Below, in pieces: positions 51,640-64,000 of a DNA stretch of 64,000 nt (the first letter of the stretch is position 1; the number at the start of each line of letters is the position of its first letter). The notes under the pieces are model-generated. The model worked only from the letters and a program-made list of their open reading frames with translations, was not told where the DNA came from and did not search any database. The position numbers and the translations under genes were made by a program. Origin of the DNA: Ginglymostoma cirratum (taxonomy: Eukaryota); NCBI GenBank assembly GCA_024137785.1, contig JAHRHZ010000019.1, positions 19,957,240 through 20,021,239 on the forward strand, read 5' to 3'.

Positions 51640-52170
51640 GATTTAGGAGTGTGTATTGATGTTAAGTACAAAATTACTCAAAGGTTGCTGGAATGTTTGC
51701 TTTTGCCTTTTTGCTCCTGCTGTGCAGAACTCTGGTTAGCTTACATCTGGAGTAGTTCTGCATGCCACAACTTCAAAGGAGCACAAGACAGATTCACTGG
51801 AAAGTCACAGGTAGTTCCATGGGTTTGATTGAGGCAAGATTTCAAAAACTAGGCTTGTGTCCTGAGACAGAAAGCCAAGAGGCAATTGGATTGATTATTG
51901 TTTTCAACATTGAAAGAAATGAATAGGTCTGATACGAAGAAAAGTTTTTACCTGCTGACTGGTGATATTTGGAAAGAGGACGTACAACCATAAAATCAAA
52001 AGTAGGCTATCAAGGAGGGATGGTCAAAGTCGCTTAAATAATCTTAACTTAGTGCTGGATAGATTTTTTTACTGGACAAGGGTGTAAAAGGATTATGGCA
52101 AAATGTAATTGGACAAAGTGAAGCTACACATCAGTCATCGTCTTGTGAAATGGCTGCATATCCCTTTTCT
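51640..52170 (+). mobile_element. Highly decayed CR1 3' region
   Basis: ctctggttagcttacatctggagtag, gacagattcactggaa and ctggatagattttttactggacaagggtgtaaaaggattatgg remnants. Confidence 0.6.
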
Positions 52171-53859
52171 ATTCTGACGTTTCACTGTTGATTGCCTGCC
52201 TTACACGAATCCTAGACTCTTCTATAGAGGATGTTGCACCATTTCACTCATCTGCTTGGAGCAATTTGATTTAAGTTAAAGCAATAAGGCCAAGTCCAAC
52301 AGTGTATACTATGTTTTTGCCAACTACTGTAATTTCTACTGAAAGGTATTCATCAAAAATCATCTAACTGCATAATGTGATTCTGCAAATCATCTTCAGT
52401 AACAGAAGACTGTATCTGAAATGTAGCCTGAATCATGACTTTATTTTTAAACCAAATGTAGGCTTCCAGCACAATTCTTGATAGTGTGCCTGCTTCACAT
52501 TCATTCTCTCATGAAATGAATAGTTTATTGTTGATGTCTGCTTGCCCTTGTAAAGCTAATGGGAGTTGTAGTACTGTTACCTGCAATGTGCTATACCAGA
52601 CAATGCTGAAATTATGTTGTGTATTTTGATCGCCCTCCAATCTGACAGTCCTCCTCCATTGTGCTTTGAGCTCTGTCTTTCTGTCTTTATCCTGCCAAGC
52701 TCAGCAGGCTGGTTATGTCTTGCGCGCTCTCTCACTCTCGCGCTTGCGCTCTGAGGTTCTTTAAAACCTACTGTTTTCTGGATGAAATTTTGGTCGTAAT
52801 CTCCTTATGTGGCTTGATAATACAATTTATCTCTTGTCTTTTCTCCTGTGAATGCTTTGGTATACCGTACTGCTTTAGAGTTGCTGTGTGTCTAAAACCT
52901 TTTAAGTTGGGAAGTATTAACTCGCGTGTTAACAACAAAATTTCTCTTACCTATTCAATTACGGTTGCTTGCTAGCTAACATAGGGTTATGACAGTTATT
53001 CTTGTGATACCCATGGTCTAGATTATTGCTTTTAGTGGAATTTATTGGAAAAAGTTCCTGCAGTTTTCCTTTGCTTTTGGTTCAAATGCAGGAAGGTGTG
53101 TCAGAAAAGATGTGGATGCCCAATGTTTCCCTCCCTTTGAGAACTTGTGCTGTTTTAGTCAACTTCAATTTGACTGATCTTGTCATTTTAAATGGGTTTT
53201 TTTTTCCACCTTTGCCTTCATCAGTGCCATTTCTGATTGGGATTAGTCCTCTCACTCGGTTTGCTACACATAATTTTGGTAAATTCGCCTCCCCATTCAT
53301 TTACGACCTCAGACATGCTTCTTAGGATGGAGTCAAATTCTGGCACGTTACACATGTTTATCTAATAACAAAGTACCATTACAGAAGGGATTAGATCTGT
53401 GATTTATCCCCATGCTTAAGTTTATCCAGCCAGATACACAACAGACTGAGGACCAGCTATCACATGTTGCTCTAGCAGCTTACTGTTATTGAATTGTCTT
53501 GGGAAAGTACAGCTTTAAAATAAGGTTTCTATCATAACAGTATTTTAATAGTTCTGTGTTCAACACCCATTTCATAAAACTAGTATCTGAGATGAGACCA
53601 TACAAGGCAAAGCTGCTTTTTACATCACTATGCCTTGATGGTTATTGGAACCTGTTATGAATGGGTTTGAGGTGTTTGTGTGTACTCAGCAAATACGTAT
53701 GCTCATATTGCGAGAAGATGAAGACAGTTGGAAAAGGTTCCTGTATTTTGTTTGCTTAGACCACATTTGCTCTAGTGTAGTCCACAGGCTTACAACTTTT
53801 AACCACTTGTCAACTTGAGTTCGTCAAACTTTCCCCGTAGCCTTTTTTTTGCTATTTGT

Positions 53860-54090
53860 GCCGAGTGCAGCTTATGCATTACCCTATTGCCGTAACCACC
53901 TCCAGTTTTCCAAGAACATTGTGTTCCTCCAACTCTGATCTCTTGTACCTCTCCAATTCGTTTTGCTGTACCCATGGTTACTTTGCACTTAACCACTAGG
54001 CCCTGAGCTCTTGAATTCCCGGAATGAATTCTATTGACTGTGTTCCCCTGTCTTTGATCTTTGTTAATATCTCCTCTTTGAACTTGGTGT
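53860..54090 (+). mobile_element. L2-type LINE 3' relic
   Basis: gttcctccaactctgatctcttg...ctaggccctgagctcttgaattccc resembles the L2 3' region. Confidence 0.5.
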
Positions 54091-54094
54091 CAAG

Positions 54095-54910
54095 TTTTCT
54101 TTAGATGTGGAAAGGTCATATAATCAATGTGTCAATCCCCTTAAGTATCTTGTGTTTCAGTAAGTTGCCTCTCTTTTGCCTAAACTCCAGTGAGTATAGG
54201 CCCAACCTACTCGACTTCTCCATGAGTCAGTCTCTCCATATCTGGGATCAGGCTTGGTGAACCTTAGCTGGAATGCTTCCAGTGCCAGTGTATATTTCCT
54301 TAGATAAGAGGCCCAAACTGTTCGCAGTATTCCAGCTGTGGTTGAACTAGTGCCTTGTATAGTTTTGGCAAAAGCTTTGCATTTTTATACTCTGTTCCCT
54401 TTGAAATATAGGCCAACATATCCGATGCTGTAGACCAAGTGCAGGGAAATGGGATTAGAATAGTTGGCTCTTTTTGTGTGGCAGAGACTTGATGAACTGA
54501 AGGGCCTTTCCTATTACCTGCTGAACTTGTATGCCAGGTTTTTGAAAATTATGCACGAGGACTCCCAAATTCCTCTCTGTTGTAGCTTTCTGCAGGCTTT
54601 GGCCAATTAAGTAATATTCAACTCCTCTATTCCTTCTGCCAAAGTGCACAGCGTCGCATATTTTCTCAAATTATATTCAATCAGCCAAATTTTTGCCCTC
54701 TCGCTTAAGCTGCTTACATTCCTTTTTAGATCGTGTCATCCTCACCACTTGCCTTTCCAGCTATTTTTGCATCAACTGCAAACTTGATTGTAGTCCATTT
54801 GCTCACTCATGCAAGGCATAAAAATATGTTGTAAGTAATTATGACACTCCAGTAGATATTGGTTGCCATCCTGAAAATGCCCTGCTCGTACCAACTCTCA
54901 GTGCAACATT
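54095..54910 (-). mobile_element. Decayed CR1 fragment containing an oppositely oriented CR1 tail (about 54422-54508)
   Basis: ORF 54455-54649(-) MHFGRRNRGVEYYL...ERNLGVLVH. Inner tail gcagagacttgatgaactgaagggcct. Confidence 0.8.
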
Positions 54911-55784
54911 TAGAACCTATGTTTGTATTAATTCCACTTGCCCTAGATTTTTGTAAACCAAGGCAAGTTCTGTATTCAAACCATTTACCTTGAAAATTTT
55001 TTTCATAATTTGTTGATTCCAATGTGAAGTAAATATTTATTACGAAGTTTGTAACTTTATTTGTTTTAAAAAAAGTACAAGAAAATCTTCGCACAAAGAA
55101 GTTGATTGACGAGATTGATCGAAGATTATGCAGCACTGTTCATCATTTAGGTAAATCACTGCAAACTGAGCAAATAGACTGGAAAGCTTGTCTTGCTGGC
55201 TGTCGCCTTCCCTTCACGTTTAGTAAACGTCTGTGGCTAAATGCAGCTTGTTCAGACTAAAGACGCACTTCGGGTAGGAATTTAGTCTCGGAAACTGAGG
55301 ACTCCCTGCAGGTAGCCACAGATGGGCTGTATTGAGAATGAGTTAAATGTTCGTTCTGACGTCACTGTGACAAAGTGGGTTTGTTCGATCTAATTTCCAC
55401 CAATATACTCATCTGATACTACTCTGATTTTGTACCCTGCTAGTTTTTAAATTGATGGCCTCAGCCCAAATGATCTAGGAATAATGTCACAGTGAGAGAA
55501 AGATCATTTTATTTCCTAACTGTTGAAAAATGGAGGTTGAATTTTAAAAATAACCGGTCCAATTTTATTATTTTTCCAAGTTATCAAAGTCTGTGGCTGT
55601 TGCAACTCTGCAGTGCAAAACCAATAGGTTTGCTGCCTGTGTCACTTGTACCTGATGAACAATGGGCATTCGAACTTCTTGAATGAAATTCCCACTTCTC
55701 TTCCTTCTTGCACCCCTTGTCCCAACGCAACCAAGCTAACTTTTTGGAAAATGTTTCAATCTCTGCTTGTGACTTCTTCAATCA

Positions 55785-56023
55785 AACGGAATCAAAGCAC
55801 TGTGTATGCTGGAGAACTAAAATAAAAACAAAGTGCCGGAGGAACTCGGCAGATCTGCCAGTGTCACGTTTGTGGAGAGAGAAACGGTTAACATTTTGAA
55901 TCCAGTCTGAAGCTTCTCTGAAAGCAGGAGAGGAATCGGACCGCAGTTAAAACATTAGCCCTGTTGCTCTTTCCACAGAGACTGCCAGACATACTGGGTT
56001 TCTCCAGTACTTCTGTTTTTACC
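55785..56023. mobile_element. Older palindromic Penelope-end element with 10-bp TSD
   Basis: Inverted arms (tgtggagagagaaacggttaacatttt / aaaacattagccctgttgctctttccaca). Flanking tcttcaatca at 55775-55784 and 56024-56033. Confidence 0.7.
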
Positions 56024-56039
56024 TCTTCAATCAGTGCGA

Positions 56040-56420
56040 CATGGGCTAGGAACGAAATTGAAACGGCAAACTTGTGTATCCCCTTTCTACGGCACTGTGT
56101 ACTAATATTTTTAATGCAAAATATTCCAAAGCCATCCTGAAGCTCCCCTTGAAGCATGTTGTGATTAACATTAATAACTGGGAGGAGGTTGCTGCAACCG
56201 TTCACTGTGATGAAAATCTGTCCTGTGAGCTTACTCGTGCATTCAGTCACAATGTCTTGCTTCTCGGACAGAGCAGCAACAGGGAAGGGGGAGGAAAAAG
56301 AAACACATACCCTGTACTCCAAATCCCAGTATTTCTTGGGACATGCTACCCCATATGCCCAGAGGTCTACAGTCAAGAATCAGTCTGTTCAGTCACACAA
56401 AGGCTTGGCAGAAATTCACC
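56040..56420 (+). mobile_element. RTE-clade LINE 3' relic
   Basis: KYSKAILKLPLKHVVININNWEEVAA resembles the RTE RYKDTLK.SLK...I...WE.LA motif. agtcaagaatcagtctgttcagtcacaca encodes SRISLFSH (RTE terminal SRIGL.SH). Confidence 0.65.
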
Positions 56421-57680
56421 ACACTGAGCAGATGCCATCCTGGAACCAGTGATGAAAAATGCTACTATTGCCTTCAGATTTTTAAGAGACTTGTTTTAAT
56501 GTTATGAATTGGTAATTTTGTAAATCATTGAATTTTGAATATTTTGGACTTTTAATGCTGCAGCAGTGGTGCTTTCACCAAACAGATCATTGTTCTAAGT
56601 ATTTTGAGGCCATTTTAATCTGTCTTTTGGATAAGTGCAAAATTTGTGCACCTTGAAACATTCATGAAGTTGCACTAATATTTCAGCTCCACAATCTTTC
56701 ATTGAATGCTTGAGGCCCAATGAAAGTCAGTGGTGAGTGTAATGGATCCACCAATTCCCTACCTGATGATTTTTGTCCAGAACCCTGTGAGTACCCATTC
56801 TCAAGTATATGTCCAAGCTCCTTTTTAAACACCTACTCTCTCTCTCTGGATACAAATTTGTTTTTGTTGTGCTTGGCACAGTGCATTTAAACATTTTGTA
56901 CTATCATGGATGTTCTATCGTAAGTGAGCTCTGTTGCTTTCATAAATGCTACACTTTTGCACAATGTAGACAGAATGGTGCACATAGTGTTGCTGTGAAA
57001 GTTGTGATTTTCTGTTCAGTTCAGCGAGTGCACAAAAATCCATATGGCTCTTTTTTTAAAACCAAATGTCCTGTTTGTCTGGCTGGAAAAGAATCCTCAC
57101 AACTAGATTTCCCAGAAATACTCAAATGCTTGGCTTTCTGGGAATAGGTTTGCGCTGTATTATAAATCCTTTGAGGTTGTTTGTAGCATCTCAACTCAAG
57201 TTTCATCTCTCAATATAGCACTGTCCCCAACCTTCAAGTGTTTCACCTTTGTCTCTCTGTAAACAATACCACAGAAGATTTATTTTGTGCGTTGGCAATT
57301 AAGTATGACCGGAGACTGTGGAGTAAGTTGAGGTGGTTTATAAATTTTAAATAATGCCGCTGTTATGTTGCTAAGAAATATCTTGACTTGTTTCATAGAA
57401 ATAGTACATTCTGTCAGTCAAGTACTCTTGCTGAATTTTGATCCATGAAGGAAGAAGTAAGATAATTAATTTTCATTGGATATTTGTAGTCACTCAAATG
57501 ATTCTCTATTAAGCCATGTATCAGGTCATTGTGAACTTACGCATGATTGAAGCCAGTCGTACTCTCCATATTGATGCGCAGTGCTATCGCAGCTTCAAGC
57601 ATGGGAGAGATTCGTGGTTTAATGCAAATATCTAAAAGTTGTTCTTTTTATGTTTGTCCATTGTTAGCTTCTGGATTTGC

Positions 57681-58031
57681 TTTCATTCATGGGATGAGGG
57701 TGTATCTGGCTAGGCAACAGTTATTGCCCATCCCTAATTGCCCAGAGGGCAGTTAAGAATCAACCACTTTACTGTGGATCTGGAATCACATGTAGACCAG
57801 ACTAGGTAAGGATGGCAGTTTCTTTCCATAAAGGATATTAGTTAACCAGATGGGGTTTTGCAACGATTGGCAATGAATTCATAGTCATCGTTAGATTTTT
57901 TAAATTTTGGTTATTTATTGAATTCCTATTCCACCATCTGCCGTGGTGGGATTTGAGCCGGGTCCCTAGAACTTTACCTGGGTCTCTGGATTAACAGTCC
58001 AGTAGTAATATCACTAGGCTGTTGCCTTCCC
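57681..58031 (-). mobile_element. Full-length tRNA-headed SINE (same family as 47755)
   Basis: Co-linear reverse complement of 47755-48116, from the ttcattcatgggatg tail to the cactaggctgttgccttccc head. Confidence 0.88.
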
Positions 58032-58902
58032 TTAATTATTTAAAAACATTATCTGTACCGCCATTTAAAATATACTTAAATAATGTTTAATCACTATGTA
58101 TTTCTGTGGTTGATAGAAATCAAGCTTGCTGTAAACTGGTGCTGTTCGAAGTGATTATACGATGTCTGAGTGTTAATTTTTGCCATTAAATTTAACAGTT
58201 ACAGGTCTCATTCTCCTCATGTAATCATTGGAAATTTTGAAACTGCCTTTAATAGTTTAAAATTTGTGCTTTCTTCTTCTTTTTTCCCAATTTTCTGTTA
58301 ACTCCATTTTTCTTTTCCCCGATTTCTTTCTATGCCTGACTTGATATTGAATTCAAGCACTCTCTAACTTGCACATTGTTTTACAGCCTTGTCCTGTGAA
58401 TGCAGAGTAGGTTGTCACATTCACTCAGTTCCCAGTTGCAACGCTTCCCTTGTGACACTTAGCTGGTATTTTTGAGCAGCGCTTAGCGCGCAAACACTTC
58501 TAAACAAGGAGTGTATCTAAGTAATAGAAGTTGCCATCAGCTATCCTGTTAGATGACGCATTTCCTTGTGCATTTGACGGAGGTAGTTTTACATGTTCCT
58601 TTCTAGACTGTCTTGCAATCATGTAAAAATCTGAAATCATATTATAAACATTTAAGAGATCAAATTCGTTTGCATGAAGTCATTGGACATTGGCATGTTT
58701 TTCATTGACCATCCCACAAGGTTCTTGCTGAATAAAATGAGAAATTTTCCATCCAGTCCTGAAACGGGTGAATAGACTAATTCTTCTCATTCAATTATTG
58801 CAACAGTTCGTTGTGAAAACAAATGTTTTGACTACACAATTGATACAGGATTTTTTTTCCCTTTAACCTCCAGGCTGAAATTAGTTGAAGAAACCATCAT
58901 TC

Positions 58903-59100
58903 AAATAAAAGCCAAAATACTGCAAATGCTGGAAATATGACATAAAAACGGGGAATGCTAGAGAAACTCAGATCATCTGTGGATAGAGAGACAGTTAATG
59001 TTTTGGTGCTAATATTGGACATGAAACGTTAACATTAGTTTTTGACTGTACAGACTCTGCCAGACCTGCTAGGTTCTTCAGCATTTTCTGTTTTTAATTT
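58903..59100. mobile_element. Palindromic Penelope-end relic upstream of exon G
   Basis: taaaaacggggaatgctagagaaac pairs with ggttcttcagcattttctgttttta. Internal gaaacgttaac. Confidence 0.65.
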
Positions 59101-59284
59101 AAGAAAATGGCATTATTGCTTTATGTAAACAGTCTCTTGCTTCTCAGCAGCTACATGGCTCTGAGGATAAATGCTTTGGTGATCGATCTACGGTTCTATA
59201 TACCCATTTCAAAATCGAAGTAATGAAAATCACTACTTCTTTTGATTTTCTGGTCAATGGGATTTTTCATCTTTCTTGTTGCAG

Positions 59285-59377
59285 CTTGTGAGACAGAAAT
59301 GGAAAAAGTCTGCCGTCTTTCACCAGAAGCACACCTACAGCCTTTTAAAGACAAAATGGAAGAATTCATTAATCAAG
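59285..59377 (+). CDS. FMN2: FMN2-like FH2 exon G (93 nt, phase 1 to 1): (A)CETEMEKVCRLSPEAHLQPFKDKMEEFINQ
   Basis: Acceptor catctttcttgttgcag, donor gtaaat. In frame with exon F (LK-A-CE). QPFK-x-x-ME-x-FI-x-Q matches FMN2. The gene continues beyond both window ends. Confidence 0.94.
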
Positions 59378-62129
59378 GTAAATGGAATAGAGTTCAACTT
59401 TTCTTATAAATAAAAGACTCCGGTAAGTGACATTATGTATTTTAATTATGACAATATTTGTTTTGGCATTAGAAGCTGCCAAGTGGCACAATTAATCAGT
59501 GTCACAAATACATTGGAAGCATATGGTACCTGACGAGTAGATCTTTGGATGTACAACAAAAAAAAACTTTGTACAAAACTTTAAATTGCTGTCTTGGGCT
59601 ATATATAACCATGTTATTAGTGTTCTTCAATAGGGTTATAAAGACATTTATAACTGAACTATTAATCATGAGAACACTTTTTCAATGATCCTTGTCAGTG
59701 GCTTGGGAGTAGGTTTTTCCTCCTCCATATTTATCCCCTACGAGCACATAGAATTCCTTGTTTTAATTTGCAAAACAGCAGTAGTAAATGACAAATTAGC
59801 CTTTGGAGAGAATGAGTCAAGCATGTACATGTGTTTCCAAGTTTATGGCATGTACGTAGCATGGATCCAGGCTCTTCAGCACCTTTTTTTGGTGTTTGCG
59901 TGTCCTATTTGGCTGTTTAATTTTGGAGAGCATGCTGATTTGGAAGGGATACGTCATGAACCAGAACAGAAATTTTGATGTCCCCAGTCTGGGATGTGTG
60001 CAAGTTCGTGGGTTATTCCTTTTCTATGGGGCAGTGGCTTCCATGGTATATACCTAATCAAATTCCAAACTTTTGGTTCTTGGATTCTGACCCTTCAAAG
60101 CAATTTAACTTACTTTTTTTTTTCAAACATTTTAACACGGTGAGGACTAATGGTTGTAATCCTGTCGGGCTACTTTTGTCATATTATTTCTGTTAACTGC
60201 AACTGTTATTTCATTTCACACTTTATAACACTTTATCAAAAACAGTAGTTGCTCAAAATACAGCATCTTCCAACAGTCAGTGCAAAGATGTGTAACTGTG
60301 GTATGCAGTTAGTTTTAAGCACTGAAACACTAATGACACATCTGAAATCTTTAAATGGGCAAAATTGCAAGACCCTAGGACACCATTGGACAAATAGATT
60401 GTCTGAGAGCACCGAAGAAAAGTGAATTTATCTGATGCCTGTATGATTGTCAGGTAGTTTTTTAAAATATCCTTGTTCAAGCTGTCAGTAAAGGTCCTTG
60501 AGACATCAAAACTAAGTAACAGATAGAGCCTTGTCTAGAGAGAGTGGCATTTGCATTTATTTTACACTGAGCCTCATGCCTTACCTAAGTAAGGCCAAGA
60601 TTATACTTGAGCAGGATAAGCCGTTTTTGTTGTTTTCACTGTTTAATTCCAGATTTACACCTGACCATAGCCATGTGCCATTGTAGTCAAATAACATGTC
60701 AGCACTTCTGTACTTCTGAATAGGGTTTGAATGCAATCTAGGGGCTTTATGCACCTAAGTCATAAATGGACAGTCTGTGATACAAGAGTACAAGGTCACC
60801 TTTGATCAATGGAAGGACACTTTGCAGCGAGAATTTAAATAAAAGCAAAATAGAACAACAAGTTTAGTAAGGAATTTTTTGTTCTCGAGATCATTTTTGA
60901 AAAGAAGTGAAGTTAATGTATGGTTCTTAAACAGGCTTACTTTCAGACCGTCTTCTCCAGAATTCTATTTTTTTATTGTAAGTTTTTTTGCTGTGGATAT
61001 TGACTTTTAAAGCCACAATGCCTCAACTTATTTCATTTTCAAACACATTTTTTCCAAAGCCCCGAGACGGTGAAGTTTGTTTACTTTTGGAGCTGCCCAT
61101 CAAGTATGTGGGTGTGTGACCAGGATCACAGCCTGCTGTCAGACTGGAGCCTGTAGGCCTAGTCTTGGTGCCATGCTTGACTGACGGCTCCAAATGTAAA
61201 CAAATGTTGCAAACCTTTACAATTACTATGGCTCAGTAACTAAGAGGAATTGGGAGACAAACTTTAACAGGTGGGGTTATAGTGGTGAGGGGTGGCGCAG
61301 GAGAAATATTTTGTAAAGGCTTTCAGAATTAAATTTCAAACAAAACTATGGACCACTTTTTTACAGCTCTCAGCTACAATCTTCCCATCTTTATCAGTGA
61401 ATTAACTTGGGGTGTACAATCCCATGGATATTTAACTCAAGTGCCTGAAACAAACATCCCATTCCACCAGTCTGTGACTGCTAAGTGGCTAATAACCTTC
61501 GTGTTTTATCAGCACTTTTGGATTCACATTTTTAACTTTATGTACTTGGAGTCACAGTGTCAAGGGCGGAACAAGAAAGGATTTGTTTATTATGTATATT
61601 TTGACCAAAAAACTCTCATTTCCTCAATAATCTACTGTGGTTCAAATTCAGGCACTGATGAAGATTCAGATTCAATGCAGAATTGATTTGAAGGTACTGT
61701 TCTGAAGTCCTAAATGGTTAAAATCAATTCATCCAATTTTGACTCCTCATGAAACGGTAATATCAGGCAGCACAATTTAAATCATTACGCCCATTGCAAA
61801 AAAAGGCAGCTTCTCATGTCACTTTCAATACTTTGGTGATCTCCTTAAATCTGCAGCCTCTGATTATTAATCCTTTAGCTATCGGGGAAGCAGTTTCTCT
61901 CTACTTTATTTCAGAACCTTCAAAATTTTAAACCCATCTAGCTATTCTCCTCTGCACTTCTTGGGAACAGCCCATGCATCTCCAATGCACTTGCATAACT
62001 GCAATCCCTCACTCTAGAACCGTTTCTGTTTAACTATTGAGAGGCTCCAGCAGAGTTTTCATGTCCTTTTGTGAAGAGCAGTGCCGAAGACTACTTTGCA
62101 CCAGCTGAGGTTGAATTTTTTTTTAACAT

Positions 62130-63375
62130 TTAATTCATGGGTTGCGAGTTTCATTTGCAAGACCAGTATCTGGTGGTCTTTCCTAATTGCAATTAAAAAT
62201 TTTATAGTGAGCTGCCGTCTTGAACCGCTGCAGCACATGAGGTTTTCTGGCTTTTGCACGCTGCTGTGCAAAGGGACTTGGGTGTCCTTGTGCATGAATT
62301 GCTGAAGGTGGGATTGCAGGTGCAGCAGGTGATTAAAAAGGCAAATGGAATTTTGTCTGCCATTGCTAGAGGGATGGAGTTTAAAAACAGGGAGGCTATG
62401 CTGCAGCTGTGTAGGGTCCTGGTGAGGTCACACCCGGAGTACTGTGTGCAGTTTTGGTCTCCTTACTTGAGAAGGGACATACTGGCACTGCAGGGGGTGC
62501 AGAGGAGATTCACTCGGTTGATTCCAGAGTTGAGAGGGTTGGATTACGAGGAGAGACTGAGTAGGCTGGGATTATACTCATTGGAATTCAGAAGAATGAG
62601 GGGAGATCTTAGAGAAACATATAGGATTATGAAGGGAATAGGTAAGGTGGAGGCAGGGAGGTTGTTTCCGCTAGCAGGTGAAACTAGGACTCAGGGGCAT
62701 AGCCTCAAAATAAAGGGAAGCAGATGTAGGACTGAGGTCAGGAGGAACTTCTGCACCCAAAGGGTTGTGAATCTGTGGAATTCCCTGCCCAGTGAAGCGG
62801 TTGAAGCTACCTCGCTGAATGTTTTTAAGGCAAGGCTAGATAAATTTTTGAACAGTAAAGGAATTAAGGATCATGGTGAATGGGTGGGTAAGTGGAACTG
62901 AGTCTCAAAGATCAGCCGTGATCTTATTGAATGGCGGGGCAGACTCGAGGGGCCGGATGGCCTACTCCTGCTCCTAGTTCTTATGTTCTTATGTTCTTTG
63001 CTTAGCACTATCAGGAAGGGAGTTCCAGGATTTTGTCTAACTGACAGTGAAAGAACGGTGATGTAGTTCCAAGTCAGGGTGATGTGTGGCTCTGAGAGGA
63101 ATTTGCAGGCAATGGTATTCCCGTGCATCTTGCATCCAGATCCTCCACAAACAGATTTTTCTGTGGATCCTCAGCTCCATGGTCGCAGCCATCCACCTGC
63201 ATCTTCTCACACTAAAGTCAGCCTTATCTCAGCTCAGAAACTGCCGTTCTTAATATTTATTGTTGCTCTCATTCCTTTACGTGGGAGTGGTGGCATGCTT
63301 TGCTCCCAAAGGAGGCTTGGTGAGTTGCTGCAGTGCATCTTATAGATGGTATGCACTGATACTGTGAACCATTGG
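62130..63375 (-). mobile_element. Old LINE 3' end (same family as 32345), split by a younger CR1
   Basis: tcctaattgc...gtgagctgccgtcttgaaccgctgcag before 62240 resumes as aggaagggagttccaggatttt...ttccaagtcagggtgatgtgtggc after 63000. Confidence 0.75.
62240..62999 (+). mobile_element. Young 5'-truncated CR1 LINE with uninterrupted ORF2 C-terminus
   Basis: ORF 62254-62901 (VQRDLGVLVH...LVRSHPEYCVQFWSPYLRRD...WNSLP) has no stops. Ends in a (ttcttatg)n tail. Confidence 0.95.
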
Positions 63376-64000
63376 CTAAATGTACCTTGAAATCCCTTAA
63401 TTTGTGTTTGCAATGTGAACAAAATTGATAGTGCTTGATGTTACTTAGGGGAAGTTGCTGCACATTTCAATATCTGTACATGACTGGTTAAATGTAGAGA
63501 TCTAGACATGTCTGTCAGTAATTTCGCATCCCATCCAAGATGCACTTTGTTGATAAAAATCATTGTGAACTTCCACATCTTGTATCATTATTGTCACAAT
63601 AAAATCTGACACAAAACCTAATGCCAGGTTGAATGAAGTCTAACTGGGTATTTAGCGTAGCTTAGCCATAACCATTGCTCTGGTTCTGAGAACCTAATTC
63701 TATACTCATGGCATGTCCGCGACTTCCAAATAATTCCACAGTTCTATTTTTAGAATCTTGTTTGCAGTTCCAATCTTTTTTTTGCTTTATGTAAAAAGCA
63801 AAAATTGTGCAAAGTGAATGATAAAACCTGCTCGTTACTCCCTGGTTTGCTGTCTAAGGTAATTCTTCAACGTGATTGCTTGCTTCATGACAACACTGCT
63901 GCTGAGTGCCTAAGATTCCTTTATCAAACACTAAAATGGCATTGAAGTCAAAAAGGTAAATTCAACAGCATGGACCTTGATGGACTGTTTGCTTCGGGTC

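Noticed and set aside
62254-62901. 215-aa open ORF as a nested host gene
   Set aside because: It is the C-terminus of CR1 ORF2 from a 5'-truncated insertion with a CR1 tail. It has no true ATG start and lacks the RT core.

Overview
Eukaryotic genomic DNA, almost certainly shark/elasmobranch judging by the repeat content (HE1-type V-SINEs, Deu-domain SINEs, CR1 LINEs, Penelope-like elements). The window lies inside one large + strand gene, a formin-2 (FMN2)-like gene. Seven GT-AG exons (13486-13547, 35043-35131, 35318-35447, 39180-39326, 46956-47015, 47192-47312, 59285-59377) splice in frame into about 234 codons of the FH2 domain, including the GNYMN post motif. The supplied ORF track misses all of them. 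The rest is intron, filled with CR1 LINEs (one nested cluster holds a near full-length copy), older L2/RTE LINE relics, several SINE families, solo-LTR-like pieces, Penelope GIY-YIG fragments and a 400-N gap. No prokaryotic-type system is present. The best leads are: (i) a phase-symmetric 609-nt exon block that would give a stop-free circular ORF if back-spliced; (ii) palindromic Penelope-end elements with TSDs and hammerhead-ribozyme cores; (iii) a perfect 30-bp inverted repeat near a coding exon; (iv) candidate intronic enhancers and a candidate microexon. Comparisons with human proteins and repeat consensus sequences are from memory, not from searches.
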